64,000 nt of DNA, taken from the NCBI GenBank assembly GCA_958295485.1, contig OY282354.1:2083417-2147416 (forward strand), in the 5' to 3' direction. Position 1 is the stretch's first letter; each line of letters starts with the position of its first letter. The translations under genes were made by a program, and so were the position numbers. The notes beneath the pieces were generated by a model. The model saw only the letters and a program-made list of their open reading frames with translations. It was not told the origin of the DNA and made no database searches. The DNA is from an uncultured Gammaproteobacteria bacterium. GTDB taxonomy: Bacteria; Pseudomonadota; Gammaproteobacteria; Eutrophobiales; Eutrophobiaceae. Positions 60,284-64,000 of the stretch are shown here, piece by piece.

Positions 60284-61669
60284 CTACATAAGCATCGGGG
60301 CGGCTTCATTAATGCTCTGCTTGATTGCATCCAACAATCTGTCTATTTCGTTCTTTTGAAGTGTTAAAGGGGGAGAAATAATGATGGTATTGCCCACAGG
60401 GCGTATCACTACTCCTTTCTTCAAACAGCGGGTAAATACTTGGTGTGCCGCGTTTTTATCTATAGAAAATGGTTCTTTGCCAGCCTTATCCTTGACCAAC
60501 TCGATTCCCAGCATGAACCCAAGACCTCGAACATCACCTACTATGTCGATTGCGAGTAATTTCTTAGCTTGTTCTTGTAAATAAGGTCCCAGCTTTTGGA
60601 CATTCCCAAAAATGTTTTCTCGTTCCAATATCTCGAAGTTCTTAAGGGCTGCTGCGCAGGCCACTGCATGCCCGCTATATGTAAATCCCATTGAAAAAAC
60701 TCCGCCTTCACATTGCGGTTGGCTTATCACGTCATAAATTTCCTTGGAAAAAATCGCAGCTCCTAAAGGGACATACCCGGAATTTATTCCTTTAGCGACA
60801 ATCAACACATCGGGGGTGTAGTCAAATAGTGTCTCTGATGCAACCCATTCACCAAGGCGACCAAAAGCGGTTACAACTTCATCGGCAACATATAGAACGT
60901 CGTATTTCTTACAGATTTCCCATGCCATGCGGTGGTAGCCTTCCGGAGCAACCAGTACACCTCCAGCGCCCATAATTGGTTCAGCAATAAAGGCTGCAAC
61001 ATTGTCAGGACCTGATTGTAAAATGTGGTTCTCTAATTCATTAACCAGGAATTGAGAATAATCAGCTTCAGAAAGATTTTCCGAGCCTGATGGACGACGA
61101 TAAAGATTTGCTGCGGAGACATGGCTAATCCAATCGTCACAAACCCGGTCCAAGCTGTTTTTTGTAGCATGAATGCCTGTTAAATTGGCCGTGATATAAG
61201 TGCTGCCGTGATACCCGTCGTTACGAGAAATTACCTTTTTCTTGGTCGGCTTTCCGCGCAAGTTGTAGTAGTAGTGAATAATTCTCATTGCTGAATCATT
61301 CGCTGTAGATCCTCCGCAAGTGAAATACACATGATTTAAAGAGGATGGGCTAAGCTGCGCTAGTTTTTCAGCCAGGAGTGCGGCCGGTTCATTCGTGGTA
61401 TGACCAAATGGGTTGTAATACTGCATCTTCAAAACTTGTTGGCTAATAGCTTCAGCCATTTCATGCCGTCCGTGGCCGATATTGACGCACCAAAGCCCGG
61501 CTATACCATCCAGGTATTTGTTACCTTCGATATCGTATATATAATTACCTTCTGCTCTACTTACTACCTGGCTCCCCTCTTCCTTGAAAGAAGAGAAATC
61601 GGTATAGGGATGGATAAGATGATCCTTATCTTTTTGCCAATATGGACTCTGGTTGTTTTCGATGGCCAT
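60284..61669 (-). CDS. class-III (omega) aminotransferase, paralog of the 12050 gene
   Basis: GLWCVNIGHG, DEVVTAFGRLG and AKGINSGYVPLG. It lies 53 bp upstream of the TonB-dependent receptor on the same strand. Confidence 0.85.
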   Translation of the reverse strand: MAIENNQSPYWQKDKDHLIHPYTDFSSFKEEGSQVVSRAEGNYIYDIEGNKYLDGIAGLWCVNIGHGRHEMAEAISQQVLKMQYYNPFGHTTNEPAALLAEKLAQLSPSSLNHVYFTCGGSTANDSAMRIIHYYYNLRGKPTKKKVISRNDGYHGSTYITANLTGIHATKNSLDRVCDDWISHVSAANLYRRPSGSENLSEADYSQFLVNELENHILQSGPDNVAAFIAEPIMGAGGVLVAPEGYHRMAWEICKKYDVLYVADEVVTAFGRLGEWVASETLFDYTPDVLIVAKGINSGYVPLGAAIFSKEIYDVISQPQCEGGVFSMGFTYSGHAVACAAALKNFEILERENIFGNVQKLGPYLQEQAKKLLAIDIVGDVRGLGFMLGIELVKDKAGKEPFSIDKNAAHQVFTRCLKKGVVIRPVGNTIIISPPLTLQKNEIDRLLDAIKQSINEAAPMLM

Positions 61670-61851
61670 TTGAGAACGGGGTTACTCTTGGAACATTAAT
61701 TGGTAATCATATTCATAAAACCATCATTCAAAATGCCCGGCAAGCCCCCAAAAGGGGTACGATTTGCCTCTTGATTTAGTTTTCTCAAGGAGCTTTAATG
61801 CTTTTCTGTTCTTTCGACTTGACCAGAACACTTCTACCAAAGCTTTAGCCT

Positions 61852-62703
61852 ATGAATCCATCGAATTGGTGTGACTTACTAAGCAGCCTGATAGCAGCTA
61901 TTGGTGAGAACTCATTTTACGAAAAAGTTGCAGATTGCGGGGAAGTGCTGACTGGATATGACAGCACGGTGGTCGTGGCCTTTTTTACGAAACAAAAGCC
62001 GGTTCTCTTGTACAGCAATTTATCTGAAATAGATGAGACGTCAACCCTCTCTCCTTATTTTGATGGAGCATATTTATTGGACCCTTTGTACGCGTGCTTT
62101 AAAGAAGAAGAACCAGACGGTGTTTTTGTAATAGAGGATATAGCGCCAGAAGACTTTTTTAAGACTGAGTATTTTCTGCGCTATTACCGTAAAACACGGA
62201 TAATTCATGAAATAGGGCTGTCCGTAAAAATCAACTCTGAAATAAGTGTATCAATATCTTATGGGTTGCGAGAGGATAGTAATCCAAAAGAAAATCATAT
62301 CGAGACACTAAAAGAGGTATACCCAATACTAGCTGCTGCCTGTAAGCAAAATTGGTCACGTGAAAACCAATTCGCACCACTACAAAAAAATATTATTGCA
62401 GGGGGGGAATTTGGGTCAACTTTGGATAATGCTTTTATCAATTTCGGGAAAAACTATCTGACTCCCAGAGAATGCGAAATTGTTTGTATGATTTTAAAAG
62501 GTTATTCAAGTAAATCTATATCAGAGTTATTCGATATAAGCCTGGAGACCGTTAAGGTTCATCGTAAACGTATTTATGCAAAATTAGACATAGCATCTCA
62601 AGCTGAGCTTTTTTCGCTGTTTTTAGAATCTATCTCTTTAGTGCCACCAATGGGTATCGGCGAAGAGGATCCACTTTCACTCTATTACCACACACAGTCA
62701 TAG
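61852..62703 (+). CDS. LuxR-family transcriptional regulator (N-terminal ligand-binding-like domain + C-terminal HTH)
   Basis: The C-terminal segment LTPRECEIVCMILKGYSSKSISELFDISLETVKVHRKRIYAKL is a LuxR/GerE HTH. The N-terminal domain has a Y...YLLDPLY patch reminiscent of autoinducer-binding domains but lacks the conserved Trp. Confidence 0.65.
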   Translation: MNPSNWCDLLSSLIAAIGENSFYEKVADCGEVLTGYDSTVVVAFFTKQKPVLLYSNLSEIDETSTLSPYFDGAYLLDPLYACFKEEEPDGVFVIEDIAPEDFFKTEYFLRYYRKTRIIHEIGLSVKINSEISVSISYGLREDSNPKENHIETLKEVYPILAAACKQNWSRENQFAPLQKNIIAGGEFGSTLDNAFINFGKNYLTPRECEIVCMILKGYSSKSISELFDISLETVKVHRKRIYAKLDIASQAELFSLFLESISLVPPMGIGEEDPLSLYYHTQS

Positions 62704-62959
62704 CTTTTAGCATTTCATTCTTCTTCTATATTAAAAAAATCATACTCAGCTTAAATCCAGCGACTGCAGAGCCTCACCTCCTCAATTACAAACCTTCTTT
62801 CCATGAGTAACACTTTATGGGGATTGTTGCTGATATCTGCGAGATATATATTGGCTGCAATCTTGGTAGCTGATCAAGTTAATAAAATTCCATCCTTATA
62901 AAACAAATTGATTAGGCTGCTTCCTTGCTAACAAGATTCTGCATAAAAGGTCCAGTGAA

Positions 62960-64000
62960 ATGAGAGAGTTGAGGATAAACGGAGATCGACTTTGGGCGTC
63001 AATAATGGAAATGGCCGAGATTGGAGGCACTAGTGATGGTGGCTGTAACCGTCAAGCGTTAACCGAACTCGATAAACAAGGACGGAATCTTTTTGTAACT
63101 TGGTGTAAAGATGCAGGCTGTACGGTCACCGTTGATGCAATGGGAAATATTTTTGCTCGCCGCCATGGGCCTGGTAAGAATACTAGCGCGGTTATAACGG
63201 GATCACATTTAGACACGCAGCCTACTGGTGGAAAATTTGATGGGGTTTATGGTGTTCTTGCTGGTTTGGAGGTTATCAGGACTTTAAATGATGCTAATGT
63301 CGAAACTACACACCCTATAGAAGTCGTTTGCTGGACGAATGAAGAAGGGGCCAGGTTTTCACCAGCATTGATAGGATCCGGTGTATGGAGTGGAGTATTT
63401 GAACTTGAATATGGCCATAGCCGATTAGACAAGCAAGGTATCTCAATAAAACAATCGCTCGAAGATATCGGATATCTTGGTGAAACTGCGGCGGCATCCA
63501 GCAAAAATATTAAAGCTGCATTTGAATTGCATATAGAACAGGGGCCAATACTGGAGGATAAGGGAAAGCAGATAGGTATTGTTTCTGGGGTCCAAGGGAT
63601 GAACTGGTATGACGTTACTCTCGTAGGCGTACCTTGTCATGCTGGCCCTAGTCCTATGGATGTCCGCGTAGACCCTGTGATGGGCGCTGCCAAGATCATA
63701 AACCGTCTCTATAAACTGGTGGACCAATATAAACCTTGGTCAAGAGTGACATTTGGAGATATTAAAGTTGAGCCAGGCGTTCGTAATACCGTGCCGAAGA
63801 AATTAATACTATCAGTGGATTTGAGACACCCTGATCAAAATACCTTAAACAGGATGGACTTGGATTTGCGTGCAATCGTAGAAGAAATTTGCACGCCGCT
63901 CATGATTGATTATCAAATTTTTGATGAATGGGCCTCTCAGGCTGTGTCATTTGCTGAGTCATGTATCAATGCAGTTCGGCAATCTGTATCAGAATTAGAT
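62960..64000 (+). CDS. Zn-dependent M20-family amidohydrolase (N-carbamoyl-amino-acid / allantoate amidohydrolase-like); the C-terminus runs off the window
   Basis: Manual translation from the ATG at 62960: MRELRINGDRLWASIMEMAEIGG...VITGSHLDTQPTGGKFDGVYGVLAGLEV...WTNEEGARF. The M20 metal-ligand pattern is present, and the frame is open to position 64000. Confidence 0.7.
   Translation, partial: MRELRINGDRLWASIMEMAEIGGTSDGGCNRQALTELDKQGRNLFVTWCKDAGCTVTVDAMGNIFARRHGPGKNTSAVITGSHLDTQPTGGKFDGVYGVLAGLEVIRTLNDANVETTHPIEVVCWTNEEGARFSPALIGSGVWSGVFELEYGHSRLDKQGISIKQSLEDIGYLGETAAASSKNIKAAFELHIEQGPILEDKGKQIGIVSGVQGMNWYDVTLVGVPCHAGPSPMDVRVDPVMGAAKIINRLYKLVDQYKPWSRVTFGDIKVEPGVRNTVPKKLILSVDLRHPDQNTLNRMDLDLRAIVEEICTPLMIDYQIFDEWASQAVSFAESCINAVRQSVSELD

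Overview
This is a 64-kb bacterial chromosomal segment, most likely from a gammaproteobacterium; that is inferred from the five TonB-dependent receptors, the sulfatase, the sodium:solute symporter and the Tat/Sec-exported catabolic enzymes. Coding density is high, genes sit on both strands, and I saw no rRNA, tRNA, CRISPR array, integrase or transposase. I annotate 48 protein genes or gene remnants. Three features stand out: (1) a split molybdenum-hydroxylase locus, with coxG-coxS-coxM separated by about 6.4 kb from a coxL-like large subunit that is translationally coupled (TAATG) to a periplasmic PQQ quinohemoprotein carrying an N-terminal heme c. The inserted block between them holds a TonB-dependent receptor and three RidA paralogs, one of them exported. 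(2) Two families of intergenic repeats. One is an AT-rich element of about 100 bp built around the perfect palindrome TTTGGTACCAAA, found at three loci and including a tandem 72-bp duplication in a divergent promoter. The other is a GC-rich element of about 100 bp, also at three loci, which is the source of spurious N-terminal extensions in the ORF track. (3) A degraded hotspot at 32.5-34.7 kb with gene fragments and two toxin-antitoxin modules, in which an RHH/PIN pair was truncated by a DUF1778/GNAT pair. Also notable are a 39-bp perfect palindrome upstream of a TraR/DksA-type zinc-finger gene, a stem-loop that sequesters the Shine-Dalgarno and start codon of one TonB-dependent receptor, an unusually GC-rich GT-C membrane protein gene, and a sharp composition break at about 56.4 kb. 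From there to the window end, GC drops to about 40% (against 55-65% upstream) across NhaC, a TonB-dependent receptor, an omega-aminotransferase, a LuxR regulator and an M20 amidase. All calls rest on motifs read by eye; no database searches were run.
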